64,000 nucleotides of DNA. It comes from a virus. Of the stretch, positions 39,679-54,900 are shown in pieces (positions within the stretch are counted from its first letter, which is position 1; each line of letters starts with the position of its first letter). The position numbers were made by a program, and so were the translations under genes. The notes under the pieces are model-generated. The model ran no database searches, was not told where the DNA came from, and was given only the letters and a program-made list of their open reading frames with translations. The stretch spans positions 1 to 64,000 of IMG/VR virus record IMGVR_UViG_3300012943_000002; one strand, 5' to 3'.

Positions 39679-42600
39679 ATGGGAAAGAGTAAAAGAGAAA
39701 CTTTACAACCTGTAGATTTACTAGGAGATATATTTAATAATGTTAAATCTTCACCAATGTCTTCATTAGAGAAATCAAATAATCCTGATTTTTCTTCTGA
39801 TTATAATTTTGATCCATCTAATAAATATTATGAATATCTGGATAATCCTAGTCCATTTGATACTAATATAGATAAAATATCTTCTGAGAAACAAAGTACT
39901 TTAACTAAATTAGGTAGAGGTACAGAACAGTTTGGAGCTAATGTTCTATCTTCTTTTGGTCAGGGATTAGCTAATACATTTGATTTAGTTTCCAATTTTG
40001 ATACAGCAAAAAGTTTATTAAATGGAGAAGATACAAATTTTGAATCATCTTTTTTGGGTATTACTAATAGAGATATGCAGAATTGGGCTAATGGTGTAGC
40101 TGAGAGAAATTAAATATTTGAAAAAGACCCAAATTCAGTTAATCTAAGTGATCCTGCATGGTGGTCAAAGCAATGGGCTAGCTTAGGTACTAGTTTAGGT
40201 ATGGGAGTAGAAGCTCTAGCAGAAACAGCAGCTATAGAATATGCTACTGGAGGTATGGGAACAGCAGCAGCTATTACTAGATTAGGTAAAGTAATTAAAA
40301 GTATAGGCACAGGAGCAGAAGGAGCAGCTAAACTTAATGAAGCTTTTGAAGCAGCTAAAGGATTAAAAAGCGCAGCTACTATATTTGGTGTAATGAATAG
40401 ACTTAATGAGTCTAAAATGGAAGGAATGCAGAATTATGACCAAATATACCAATCATTAAGTGATCCTAATCAAACTGGAGGTAAAGTATTTACAGAAGAA
40501 GAAAAGAAACATTTAGCCAGTGAAGGAGCTAAGTTAGATTATAAATGGAATCTAGCTCTGTTACCACTTGATATATTGTCCTATAGAACTATGGTGTTTA
40601 ATCCTATAAGTGGTTCTGCTACTAATTGGGTAGAAAGAGGATTAGAGGGTATAGCAGGAGTATTTGGTAAAAGTAAATTAGGTAGAGCTGCTGGATGGAC
40701 AGTAGATAAACTAATAGGAGCTAATATAGAAGGATTAGAAGAAGGTGTACAACAAGTAGCTCAAGATGAAGGACAGCATTATGCTAATGTACTAGGAGGA
40801 ATGGATGATGGTAATAATTTCATGCAGAGACTAGGTAAATCAACTAAGTCAGATGATTTTTGGAATAGTTATATAGGAGGTGTACTTGCTGCTCCAGTAT
40901 TAGGAGTTGGTATGAACATGATTAATAGAATTACTACTGGTAATAGAGTAGGGAAGATGAATGCTATTAATAAGAATTATGTGAAGGAAGCAGGTATGAT
41001 GAATGCAGGTATGCAAGACAAAATATCTGAGTTAGATAAAGCTGGAAAAGTACAAGAAGCAGCACAGTCAAGAAGAGTATACAATGCTTTAGATACCCTT
41101 TCTAGAATACATTCAGATGAAGAATTAGACAAAAATACAGCTTATACTAGTAGATTGAATTTTCTAGAAGCTACTCTAGGAGAACTTAATGAGGGTAAGA
41201 CTACTTCTTTACAAGATACAGGATTTTTTAATATTACTAAAGAAGATAATCCAGATACAGTAGAGATTAACAAGGAGTCCTTTAAAAATTATATTGATGA
41301 TACTAAACTAATGAAGTCAATATATGATAATGTAAAAGGAAAATATAATAAAAATTTCGTTCCTGCTATAACTTATGACCATTTCATGCTTAATAGAATG
41401 CAAAATGAGTTAGCAGATTCTAATGTAGAAGTATTAGCCAATAAAAATAAACTAGCAGAATACAATCAATTATCTCCAAGTGGTAAACAAATACATGATA
41501 TTGATTATGAATTACAAGCTTCTAAATTAGAACAAGATAGATTAAGTAGATTATATAAAGCAACTGTTGATGATAGAGAAAAAGAAAATATAAGCAAACT
41601 AATTGATAATAATGAAAATAAAAGGTCTGAATTATCTACTAGATTAGCAGAGGTACAAGCAGATGAGAATTATAATGCAAAAGATAAAGAAACAGATAAT
41701 GATATACTAAGAGCTAGAATAGGTGGTAATACTGATTCTGAACTTAATACAGAGTATCTTCAATCTTTATACAATAAAGAGAATCTAGAAAATTCCATAG
41801 CCTTAAAGAGAAAAAATATTGGTCTGTGGAGTAATCCTGAATATATAAAGGATAAGACTAAACAGGCTATAAAACATGCTAAAACTGTAGATCAAGTAAA
41901 AAATAATGTTGAAGCTCCTATTAAGAATAAAAAAGGTAAAGTAGCAAAACCTACTGCTGATATAGTAGAAGCAGCTAAACAAAAGGAAGTAGAGATAAGT
42001 GCTAGTGCAGATAGAAGTAATGAAGTAGCACAGAAATTAGGAGATGCCAGAGTAGATGATGAAGAAAGTAATTTTCTTGCAGATACTATAATACAAAATG
42101 CTAATAATAATGTAATAGATGGTAACTCTAGTTTAGGAGATGATGATACTGATTACCAAACTCCTATACAGACTGATAGTGCTTCTATACCTGATGTATT
42201 TGGAGAAAAAGTATTTCAATTAGCTCCTGTAGTTTACGATTTTAATAGTTCTAGTCAGGAAGCTAAAGATAAAATAAAAGCTGGTGTAGCTGGATTATTA
42301 AATAAACTAGGAGGTAAAAATTCATTTGAAGACCTAGTAAGAGAGTTTGCTAAACTAAAAGGTCTAGAAAATACAGAGAATATATATGAGGCATTGAAAT
42401 ATGGATATAGAGGGAATGGTAAAAGTTTATCAGATGAAGAAGCCAATCTTATACAAGATAAGATATTTGGTAATGTATATGCCGATGATATAATGACTGC
42501 TGCTAGTGATTTAATAGTAAACGATCCTAATAAATTGACTACAGCTACTAATGGAGTAACTGATGATATAGTAGAGAAACAAGGACAACCAGAAGGATTT

Positions 42601-45600
42601 GATAATAATAATCAACCAATATATGAATATAATAGTAGAGTATTAGATGAAACTGCTCCTACTGGTGCTTATGTAAGTAGACCTAGCCAAAGAACTTATA
42701 CAGATCAAGAGGATGGTACTAGAAAAATAAATTTTGAGTACACTGGGCAAATGGGAGAAGGTAATAACGAGTGGATTAATAGTGATATTATCCTAGACCC
42801 TGACTCAACTAATAAAGGTACTAGAACAGATATTAAGATTCCTATAGGAGTTGATAGAATACCTGTATCTATATTTAATGGAATTGGAGAGTATGTAAAA
42901 TCTATGCCATTTGGACAATGGGTAGCAGAAAAAGTTGCTGAACATGGGCAAGATTTTGTAAATTCTCAGGAGTATAAAGATAAAATACCAATGATCCATT
43001 ATCCTAGAGATTTTAGTAATGGAGGTAAAGGTATTATGTTTGTACATGATGTACAATGGATTTCTCCTAATAATTTTCTTCAAAGTAAGCCTGATGGTAT
43101 GAAACAGGCTATAGCTAATCTTAGAGCTATAAGAGAAGAAGTTATAAGTAGTTCTACACATTCCACTCCTAGTATTATTACTGGTAAGAGACAAACTACT
43201 TTTGAAGGTTTAATAGACAGAAATAAAGATAATCCACCTATTACATTAAGAGAAGCTAATCCTCAAACTCAATTAATGGTAGCCATGACTAATGGCTCTA
43301 CTCTTAATAGTAGCAGAAATACTATAGAATTTCCTAATGACAGTACAGCCTTAGTAAATGATCCTAATAAGCCTTTTACTAAAGGACAAATATTGGATGT
43401 GAGAAGGTATGGATTAAAAGATGGAGTAAAAACATTCATAGCTTCACCAATATTTAAAGGTAAGATAGATAAAACTACTCAACAGAATATATTTAATGCT
43501 ATATACATATATATAGATAGTAAAAATCCTAGTTATAAAACTATTATAGATAATATAAAAAGTGGTATGGGACTAGATATTACCACTAGAGACGGACTAA
43601 GAACTTACTTATCTCATTTTATAAGAGTACAGACTTTTAGTGGAGCTAATTCAAATGCTGATGTAGATAGGATGGCTAAAAGTTCTTTAGCTCACAGTAC
43701 TCCATTTATTACCTTTATAGGAGGAAATAATATAGTATTTGGACAAGCTGGTGTAGCTATGTATATAGATCAGAAAATAAGAGAAAAATCTTTTAGACAG
43801 TATATTAGTGAAGGTATAAATGTGGAGAAAGCTGGTCAACTAGCTGATGAGGATGCTAAGGTATATTCTAAATTTATAAATAGAGCTTCCGAAGCTACTG
43901 CTAAGAAAACAGTTTTAGATTTAATTAAACCTATCACAGTATCAGAAAAAATAGATAATAAGATAGTTAATACTACATACCCTAATAGATTAGCTTGGTT
44001 TGAAAATAATCTAGATATAGATAGCTATCCTACTAATTTAGCTGAACCTAAACCCATAATAAATATTGTTAGAGACCCCAAAACAGGAGTTCCTAGTACA
44101 GAGGTAGCTGCTAAAAGTTATCGTGATTACTTATTAGATAAATTTACCACTAATTTAAAGAGTTATAATATTGGTACAGAGGAAAAGCCTAACTATGTTA
44201 CTAATATGCAGCCAGTTATAACCTTTGACACTGAGAAAAGGCTTAATGCACAAATAAATGGGCAGATAAAAGAAGAAACTAAAATTGAAAAAACTGAACC
44301 TGTAAAAGTAAATCAGCCAGTTAATCCTATAGAAATAAATGTAATAGGATTAAGTGATGAAGCTAAAGCTAAAATAGATGAGATTAAGAAAAGACTAGGC
44401 ACAGATTTAGGTAGGAGTACTATCTATACTTTATCTCCTACTGTATTAGATGATGCTCAGAAGAATGATTTATCTAAGGAGCTAGATAATATAGCTGGAT
44501 TAGACCCTATAGAACAAAATACTATAGTGACTGATATTTATACTAGTATAATTAGTAAAGTAAATTTTGATAGTGGTAAAGTAAATAAAGCAGATTTACA
44601 AGCAGAAATTAAAAGGTCTTTTACTGATAATATACTATCAGTTAAAAAAGGAGACCAGGAAGCCATAGATTATTTAAATAGTATAGCAAATACTATGACT
44701 ACCGAGGAACTACAGAATAATGGTATACAAGGACTTATTAATGATGCAAAACTTAGAATAGAAAAGGTAGATTCTATAAATAGTAACTATAAGACCTTAG
44801 AGAATATGGCATTTACTTTTGTAGATAAGTATACAGGAATAAAGCAGAGTAGAGAAAAGCTGGAAGTAAATGAAAGTGAAGATAATTACTATGAGTATGC
44901 TGATAAGGATACTGAAAATCCTACTGATTTCTATACTGATGTACTTGCAGAATCCCCAAACAATAAGGTAACTTATGCAATGAGAAGATTTTTTGGTGAT
45001 ATAAGAAAATATGATAAGGAAGATAATTTAGCTGTAGGTTTTTTAGGTCGTCCTCTGTATACTCCTTCTGCTCAGATAGTTACTAGCTTACAAAATAGTT
45101 TAGTAGATACTCCTTCTGACTTTAAAACAATGTTAGATAAGTTAAGGACACTTACTGATAAGTACAATTGGATGCAAGCTGTTATTAATAAATTGGAAGA
45201 TACTAGTTTAAGTGAACAGAAAAAAAATCAGTTTGTTTCTGCTATGTCTTTTACTAGGCTTAGAATGATACATACTACACTAGCTTTTGATAGAAAGACT
45301 AGTTCTTGGAATGTAAGAGTAGAAAATACTAATACTAATGGAATAGCTGATAAAGTACAGGAAAACTGGAAAAATAATCTTACTAGTAACTCTAATTATA
45401 ATCTCTTTATAAGAGATAGTAATGGTAATGATATTCTAAATGTAGATAAGGCTAATAGTTTAATAGCTACTTATGAGGACTGGATTGGTCTTAATATCCC
45501 TGTTGTTCAAACAGATTTAAGTGGAATAAGGGAAGCTGTTAAAGCTGTTACTCTTGCTACTTCTATTACCCTTACACCTATTGGAAGCTTATTGAATGAA

Positions 45601-48600
45601 TTAAAGAGTAATATAATTAAGAAATCTGACAGAATGCAGTTCTCTATGTTTAATAGAGACTTTCAGATTACATCTCTAGGTAACGGTAAATATAAAATTA
45701 GTAGTCTAGATAGACAAATACTACCTACTAATAGTCAAATAGAGAAATGGCTAAATGCATTTGGTATAACTCTTACACCTAAAACACTGGAAGTACTACA
45801 AAGAGATGGTTTAATACATAATAAACAGAGAGTAAAGCCTAAGCAACTAATGGAAGTAGGTAATACTAATGGTTTATATGGTATCCTATATAACTCACTT
45901 AAAAACCTAGTTAATACTAATGGGCTAATTGACTTTACAGTATATGGTGGTAACCCTCTAGATAATAGTGTTATAGAATCTCTAGCTAATTTAGAAGCTA
46001 GGTATAATACAGAAGAAGTATCTAGTGGATTCAGAGCTAATAATAAAACATATTGGGGGTTAACTGCACCTAAATTTGCTACTGATAGGGCATTAGATTT
46101 GGTAGATATAAATAGTCCTATAAGAGAACAATTAGGTAAAGTATCCTTCTCAAAGGATTCATTATGGCTATTTTTATTAGATGATAATAAGTTTAAAGAA
46201 CAGTTTGGAGTAAAGACAGATGGAGCAGAAACTCTAAGGGAAGAAGGTAAGAAGTCTTATAGAAATAGGGCTAGTATAATGGATCTTTCTCCAATGGATC
46301 ATGAATTGGCTAAGTGGGAAAAGTTTGCATTTATGAATGATAAGGTTATCAGATATGGTAAAGCTGATAACAGTAACTATCCCGGTACTACTATACCTCT
46401 TAGAATGTCTACAATGGCTGGATTAACTTCTTCTGATAAATCTATAATGCTAGACTTTGAAACTGCTGTATTGAATCTAAATACTACGGATTTACAAGAT
46501 GGTATGTCAGATCAATTAATTAAAACTATATATGAGCAAACTGTAAAACCTGAACTAGAAAGAATGTCTAAGTTTGCTTTGAGAATGAAAGAAAAAGAAG
46601 TTAATAATATTACAGATTATGAGAAGGGAGCTAAGATGTTCTTTATTATACCTGAGATGAATAATGTTATGGCTAAAGGAGGTCTTAAACTTACAGATGC
46701 TATAATGTCAAATCCTTATTATTATAATACACAACTAGTAGAAAGTAGTGAAATTAAAGATGCTGTATATGATACTATAAGGAAATCTATAGATGGATTA
46801 GTAAGTAAGAAATTACAAGTATGGAATGAAATAGGTATAAAAGAAGTGCAGGATAGACAAGGAAATAAATATATAGACTTTATGGATAAGAAGTATGCCA
46901 ATAAATTTGGAGATGCTTCTAATGCAGATAAATTAAAATATGCTGCTATGGATTATGAGATAAACTCTCTCATAGCCAATGCAAATAATATGATGCTATT
47001 TGCAGGTGATCCAGCTCTATATTTTAAATCAAAGTCAATAGATTCTATACAAAAAATAAAAGATAGTTTTAATAACGTAACTAAAAGACTAGCTAATCAA
47101 GTAGCTCCTGCACATAAACTTGCAAACTCTAAAGGAGATAGGTATAAACAATTATTTATAAAAGATAAAGTATCTTCTGCCAGTAACATAGACTACTTAG
47201 AGAAACTATATGGTAAAGATAAAGTAGATGCATTTAGAGAAATTAAAAGTGCAGATGCTCAGGAATATACTACATGGAAAGAACACCTAGATAACATTAC
47301 TAGACTTGGTAAAACTGCTGATTTTCTAATGGATATAACTCCAGAAGATATAGACATAGCCAGAAAATTAATATCTTCTGGTAAAGATTTTTCTGATAGG
47401 GAAATGGAGATAGTAAGAAAAGTAATGCAGCCATTAAAGCCCAGATATACAGGACAAATATATGATCCTGAACAAGATGTAATGAGAACTGTATATATTA
47501 AATCTTCTAGTTTTCCTCTAATACCACAGCTTACTAAAGGTTTTGAAATAGATAAGTTAAGGAAGAAAATGGAACAAATTGAGAAGAAAGGTCTTAATGT
47601 AAGAGCTTCTTATCAAACTGCTAATAAAGTAGGTAGTATGAATAATGCTGCTGATATATGGAATAAAGATGGTACTATTAATCAAGAAGCTTTAGATAAA
47701 ATAGAAGATAGTTCTTTAGTTCTAGATAGAGAAGGCTATGGTATTCAGCAAGATGTTCCTTATAAATCTTATAAGAATAAAGTAGATACTGTTACTTTAG
47801 GTACTCAGTTAATGAAAATACTATTTGGTGATGGAGTAATGGATATAGACGGATTTAATCTAGATGGTAAAGAGTATACTGGAAAAGAGTTATATGAGCA
47901 ATATACCAATGCTTTCATGGATTTAATTGATCTAAAACAAGGAGAAATATTTGATGAACTAGGATTAAAAGAGAATGGCGTTCCTATTGATGAAGCAGAG
48001 ACTACTAATAAATTACAGAATTTATTAAATAATGAAGCTTTAAAAAGGAATTATCCACTACAAGATATTAAAGCTTTAAAATTAGATACTAAGACTGGAA
48101 CATTTACTTTACCTCTTTGGGCTAGTGCAAATAGTAATAGATTTGAAGCTATGCTTAATTCTATTATTGGTAATAGAATGGTGGCTATGAAATTACCGGG
48201 AACTAGTCTAGTTACAGGTTCAGAAGAAGGATTTATACAAAGGAAAGGATTAGGAGATTTAACTCAAAAAGAAAAATCAAATATTGTATTTACCTCTGCA
48301 TGGGATGGACAGAGATTGAAAGCTACTAATACTATAGATGGTAAATTACAAATGGCTCAGGTATTTTTACCTTCAAAGTTTAGAGATAATAATGGAGAAC
48401 TGATAGATTTGTTAGATAGTAAATATACTAACAATGATAATGGGCATCTTACTCTTAAAGAAGAGATGTTTGATAAGGAATTATTATCTAGTTTATCCTT
48501 TAGAATACCAACTTCAGGACATCAATCAGGTACTAGAATAGAAATAGCTGGTTTTCTACCACATACTATGGGAGATTTAATTATAGTACCTAATACATTT

Positions 48601-51600
48601 GTTACTCAAAAAGGACTGGACATTGATATTGATAAAGAGAATCTCTATAATCTATGGACTAGAGTTAATAAAGATGGTAAGTTTGAAGTATTAAATGAAA
48701 AACATAAAACAGAGATATTAGATGAAGCTATTAATACTAAAGAAGGACTAATTACAGATTTAGCTAACGAATTAACTCCAGAGTATAATGAAGAAGAGAT
48801 CAATGAAGATAATAAATTAAAGAAAGCTAATTCTTCTTTTAATGAGAAACTATTACACAATAAAATTATTAAGATTACTAGAGCTGTGTATGAAAATCCT
48901 AGTAATAAAATGCAATCTAAGATTAATAAGAGCTTGGGTACTCAATATGCAGAAGATCAAGCTAATTTTATTAATAGTCTTATTAGTGATAAAGATAAGA
49001 ATGAAATATGGTCTCCTTTATCTACTGAATATCAGAAGGAAGCTATGCTTATGGGAGCTAGTGGTAAAATAGGCAAAGGTATATATTCATTAGACGTAGT
49101 AGGTCACTCTCTATTTCAACAGGCTAAATCTAATGGTAGACCATTAATCCTAAGAGAAGCAATAATAGAAGATGAAAATACTAAATATATAGATAAGGTA
49201 TTTAAGTTTGGTAATGTACAATCTACTGGTATTATGGGTAGCTCTATGACTATAGATGGAGATAGAAGTAATTCAGAAGTAATCTCAGAAAGACAGAACA
49301 TTGCAGTAGATAATGCATCTTTAAATGTAATGGGTAAGGTAAATCTTAATAACCTTACTATGAATGTAGATAAAGTATTTATACATCAAGGTATAGATAA
49401 AGGAGATAAAGTAGATATAGGAGATGGAAAAATCGTAGATTCAATTCCCTTTTTATTCCTAAGCCAGCCCATAATTAGAGAATATGTAAGAAATATGCAG
49501 AATGGTGGTTCTATTATGGCTAAATATGATAAGAATAAAGAAGCTAAAATAATTGATAGTCTTATTAGAAAATATGATCCTAGAGAAGTAGAAGAACTTG
49601 AAGATAACTATGATGAACTTATGTCAAGTCAAATGACTAACAGTAATTTTATAGAAGCTATTAAATCAGAAGCTCCTAATGGTAAATTGCAAGCAGCAGT
49701 ACTTAGAAGATTCCTAGAAATGAAAACTTATGGTGAAAAGATAGGTAAAATAGAATCTGCTATTAACTTTAAGAATAATAGTTTAGGTAAATCATTCTTT
49801 GATGTTATAGAGAAAAAAAATACTATAAATGGATTAGGCTATCCATCAGGTATAATTATTAATGCAGATACTTTAATAGGAGATTATATAGATAAAGCCA
49901 ATGTAGAAGAAGCTCCAGAAGGATATACTCTTATGGGAAATTTCTATGTAAAACCTAATACAGTTATGGGGGCTTTTAATGTAAAAGCTACTATGACAGC
50001 TTATAATCTATGGAGAAGGTATTTTCCTTATGATACTGATATAATGCAGAATATATTTAAACAAGTAATAGACAATGTAGGTTCAGAAGATATGTCATCT
50101 ACTAGAGTTGTAGAAACTAAACAAGAAGTATTTAGACATATTAAAAAATACCTATCTAGTTCTAATAAAAATGGTATAGTTTCTAATACAGATAATGTAA
50201 ATAGAGAAAGAGAGAGATTATATATAGATAGTGATACTAATACATCATTAGCTAAGTATATGCAACAACTAATGCAGACTAGTGGAAATGATGTAATAGA
50301 TAGGTATATAAAAACTAATATGCTATTAAATAGTTTTGAATATAAAATTAATAAGGATGGACAACCTTCTTTAATTAAATATAATAATGCTTCTGGAGAA
50401 CAATTTGATGAACAATATTTATATGAAGGTCTTACACAGTTATTAATAAAGAATGGTAGAAATGGAACTTTAGAGCTACCACAGATAGGTAATAAGAAGT
50501 ATACATTAGATACTTTAGCTCAAGATTTAATAGCTTATACTTACTTAGGAAATTCCACACAGGAAGCTATACAATTTGCAAAGTATATTCCTGTATCATA
50601 TCTTAATATAGTAGGATACTCTAATTGGGTTAGTAATAATCTTGAAAGGTCTTTAGGTTTATCTATTAATGTAGCAAATCCAGAGAATCAGGAACATTTA
50701 TTAAATGAATTTCCAATGCAGTATGTACAACATACTGCCAATAAAGTTAAGACTAAATATGATAATGATAATTGGGATAAAAAAACTAAAGAACAAACTT
50801 ACACTGGAAAACATTCATTAGATAATCTTCAAACATTTAAGCTAGTAGATTATGAGAGTCCAGCTTTTGTTTCCATATACAATCAGTTTGGCAAAACTAA
50901 AAAAGATAAACAACAGCTATACTGGTTTGATGGTAATAAATATACTAGAGTAGCTACTTTGGGTACTTTTGGTATGGATGAGTATCAACTAGGTCAAGGT
51001 ATAGGTACTAGTATTATAAATGGTAATGTTAAACTACAGATACAGCCTCAACAATCTTCTGGAACTATAGTAGAACAGCAGAGAGATGTTGATCCTTTTA
51101 AAGTAGCATCTAAGAATATAGAGACTGTACTACAGAGTATTGTAGATAGTAATATAGCAGGATATTCAGAGTTAGCTACTCATCTAGCTCCATTTGTAGG
51201 AGAAACTAAAATAGACACTGCTACAGGTTTAGCAGGTAAAACTAACTTTTATGGAGTATATTTAGGTGATGAGGATACAATATATATTAATAATAAGAAC
51301 TTACAGAATAAGAACTTAGAAGAAAGAGCTAGAGTAATTCTAGAAGAGGTTACTCATAGCCTGACTGTAAATCAGATTAATAAATATATTACTCAAAATC
51401 CAAATGGTTCAGTAGATGTACAGCTAAATGCTCCTGCTTATGTGAGTGATATAGTTAGACTATATAATAATGTAAGGTCTAAAGTAGATACACAAGAGCT
51501 ACAAGATGTACTTAGGAAAGTTAATTCTAATAGTAATATCACTAAAGATGAATTAATGACTAAATATGGACTAATAAATATATATGAGTTCATGGCTCAC

Positions 51601-51942
51601 ACTTTTACCAACAAAGATTTTCAAAAATACCTCGCCAGAGACGAATTTAAGCAGTCAGGGAAAACTTTTCTCGAAAGATTCAAGGCTATCGTCCTTGATT
51701 TATTGAATAAAATGGGAATTAATTTCTCAAATGATACTGCTACAGTTCAGGCTTTTAATAGTATCTTCGAGTTTGTAGAAAATGAGAATGATAAGTCAAA
51801 TATCAGTAAAGAGAATCAGAAGATGAAGGATGATGTAGACAATTTTGAGGAGGATACTTTCTTTAATGATGAAGAACCTAATTTTAGCCCTACCACTTTC
51901 CCCAATAAGACACTTAATATCATAGAAGAAAAATGTATATAA
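39679..51942 (+). CDS. Virion-packaged single-chain RNA polymerase (4087 codons), interrupted by one in-frame TAA at 40111-40113
   Basis: ORFs 39679-40113 and 40201-51942 share a frame with one stop between. Beta-like ADAQ, MQPLKP and YIKSSSFPLIP; beta'-like RIPTSGHQS..GFLP..GD.IIVP..GLDIDIDK; C-terminal zincin-like region. Confidence 0.9.
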
Positions 51943-51943
51943 T

Positions 51944-54900
51944 ATGCCATGCTCTAGAGATGTAGAAAAAGCTATACTGGATAAGGTTTTCGATGAATTA
52001 ACTGATAGAAGATATACTTTTACCAGAGTAATGGATGATACTGTACAGATAAATGGTGTAGTAGATAATCCTAGGACTAAAGCTACTAGAAGAGATATAT
52101 CTAAAGCTATAGCTAAGGAATTAGTAGAAAGAACTAAACAATCTTTTCAAGGACAAGTAAGAGGTACTATTAATGACAGATCAGTATATGATCCTATTAC
52201 AGTTACATTTAGTGTAAACCCTGCTTACACTCAATATGAATTTAATAAATTAATTAATCCTACAATAGGTGATAATACCTTATTATCTGCTAGTTTAAAT
52301 GATGAGGAAGAAAGAGATGATGTAAACAATAATACTGGGCCTAATAATAGAGATAATAATAATGATAATATATTTGCAGGTATAACTGAAAAATATATAC
52401 AACATAAAACTATTCAGTTAGGAAATTATAAAGAGCAGTTAGGAATTATAAAAGGGCAGAAGAAAGTAGTAGGTATTAGTAAAGAGAGATTAGAAGCTTT
52501 AAATAAGAAAGAGAGAGAATTAAAGTTACTTATAAGTGGTAATGAGGAAATAGGAGTAAAAGGACTTGAGGATGAATTAGAGGAGATGAGGACTAAAGCC
52601 AAACCTGTTAGCTACTATATGGAAAAGGATTTAGATAGATTAAATGAATTATCTAAATCTAACAAGATTGAAGATATTACAGAGGCTAATAGAATAATAC
52701 AGTTTATAGAAAATTCAGGTAAATTTGATAGTAGTAATACTAATCCATTTTTTGATAGAGATGATATTTTTGAAACTAATGAAGATGGAGAGTATACTAG
52801 TACATATAAGATAGATGAAGATACCAGAAATGCTTTTGGAAAATGGGCAACTAAAGCAGTAGGATTTAAAAATATAGTTGAAGAAAGAGAAAAAGAATTA
52901 TCTGAAATAAATATAAATGATAATCCCCTAATTAAACAAACCTACGGAGACAAAAAACAAAAGTATAAAGATGTATTTCATACAGAAGAAGGTTTAAGGG
53001 ATACAGACTGGTTTTCTATGTGGTTCTTAGACCCTACTCATGGATTAGCTTCACATAATGGTTTAATTCCACAAGTTGCTATGTCTAATCTAATAGAAGC
53101 TACAGAAGCTAAGGAAAGATGGAGTAGAGAGATGAGTGATTATATAGATAATAATGAAGCAGCTATAAAGAAAGAATTAATTAGACTAGGGCATGATGTA
53201 AATAAATTAGGTATAACAGGTGTAAAGTCTGCCAGTTTTAATCTATTTAAAAGAGTAAGTAAAGAAGGAAATGAAAGCCATGATTTAGTTCAAAGAGAAA
53301 CAAAGGAATATGCTGATGAAAGAAGTAGAAAGCTATACATATTTGATAAGGCTTTCAAGAGAGCTATGTCATATACTGATTATGAACAGAGAAATAAAGG
53401 CATAAGTAAAGCTTTTGAAGAGCTTAAAAAGTGGAGAAGAGAATCTAGTATTATGGTTGATCCTAGTAGATTAACAGATGAAGACTATAAGAAAAAGTTA
53501 ATTAATCTACTTGGAGAAAAAGGGTATAATGAAGTGGTTGTAGAACAGGAAAAAGCTATCACTAATTATAATTCTTATAGACAAAGTAGTATAGAGACCT
53601 TATTAGCTAGAGAGAATGTAAATAGTTACGATGAGCTATCAGATAAAGCTAAGAATAGTATAAAAGAATGGGAAGTTTCCTATAGTCCAGAAAATGGATA
53701 CAAAGATTATAATTCAGTAGGTGGATTATATTTTGGAGATAAGAAAAGAGGTCACTTTAATACCTACAATATTTTTATACCTAGAAAATTTAAAGCAGAA
53801 ATAGCAGCTAATATTGATGAAGATAGGTATAGTATAACAGATACCAAGCAAGAAACAGGAAATTGGGATAAGAATTTTGAAGAAATACAATCTAGCCCTA
53901 TACTAGCTGATTTTTATAGTAAACTTAAAGAGTTCTGTGAAGTAATATATGAAAATTTACCTTATGATCTACAGGAAAGAACTAGTATGTATACACTTCC
54001 GGGTATAATGAAAACTACTGCTGAAATAGTTAATAGTAATACAGAGACTACAGGTATGTTAAGTAGGGTATCTAAGGCTTATCAAACTATAATGGATAGA
54101 TTTAGAACTAGTTTTGGAGTAGTGAAACAAGGAAATATAAGTTATTTAACGGAAGACCCTGTGACAGGAAAGAAAAACTATAAAGTTAATGATAGTTTTT
54201 TAAGAAACAATTCTAGAGCTATAGATGATAGAAAATTAATAGAGAATACTAAATTCTTACAGGCTTTTAATTCTGATAAACTAGTTCCTCTAGATAAAAT
54301 AAAGAAGTCTACTTCTTTATTGTTATCTCAATTTAATACTTCTTGTTTAATACAATTAGCTCAATATCTTCATGTTGATGTAGCAGGACAATTACAGATG
54401 AGTAATGTAGACGCTATTAGGGCTAAATTAGATAAGACCTCTGATGGTAATGACTATATAGTAGATATAGGAAGACTAATACATGATTTTTCTGTACATT
54501 CTGTAGTACAATCTCAATCATTTGATTTACCTAAGTTAATGAAATATTTCTCTGAAATGACAATGGCTTATGCAGCTAGGAGAGAAGCACTCCCTATAAA
54601 TGAAATACTAAAGAAACATTATAATAGAATACAATCTCCAGATACTAATAATGTAGGAGAGACATTATGGAATAGAATTACTGGTAAAAAAGGACAAGAA
54701 GTAGCTAAGGTAGGTGTCAGAACTGGAGCTATGAGACAGTTTGATAACTGGTTTGAAAGAGTATTACTAGATAACTATGGAAGTAAGCATGTGGGAGTAT
54801 ATGGTAAAGAAAATGGACCAAATGGTAAAATACCATTTTTAGGTAAGACTATATATACTACAGAAGAGAGACAAAAGTATAATGAATTACAAGAATTAAT

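Noticed and set aside
13514-40113. Decaying prophage, suggested by two gene disruptions
   Set aside because: All other genes are intact and there is no host flank or integrase. Isolated errors or recoding are more economical explanations.
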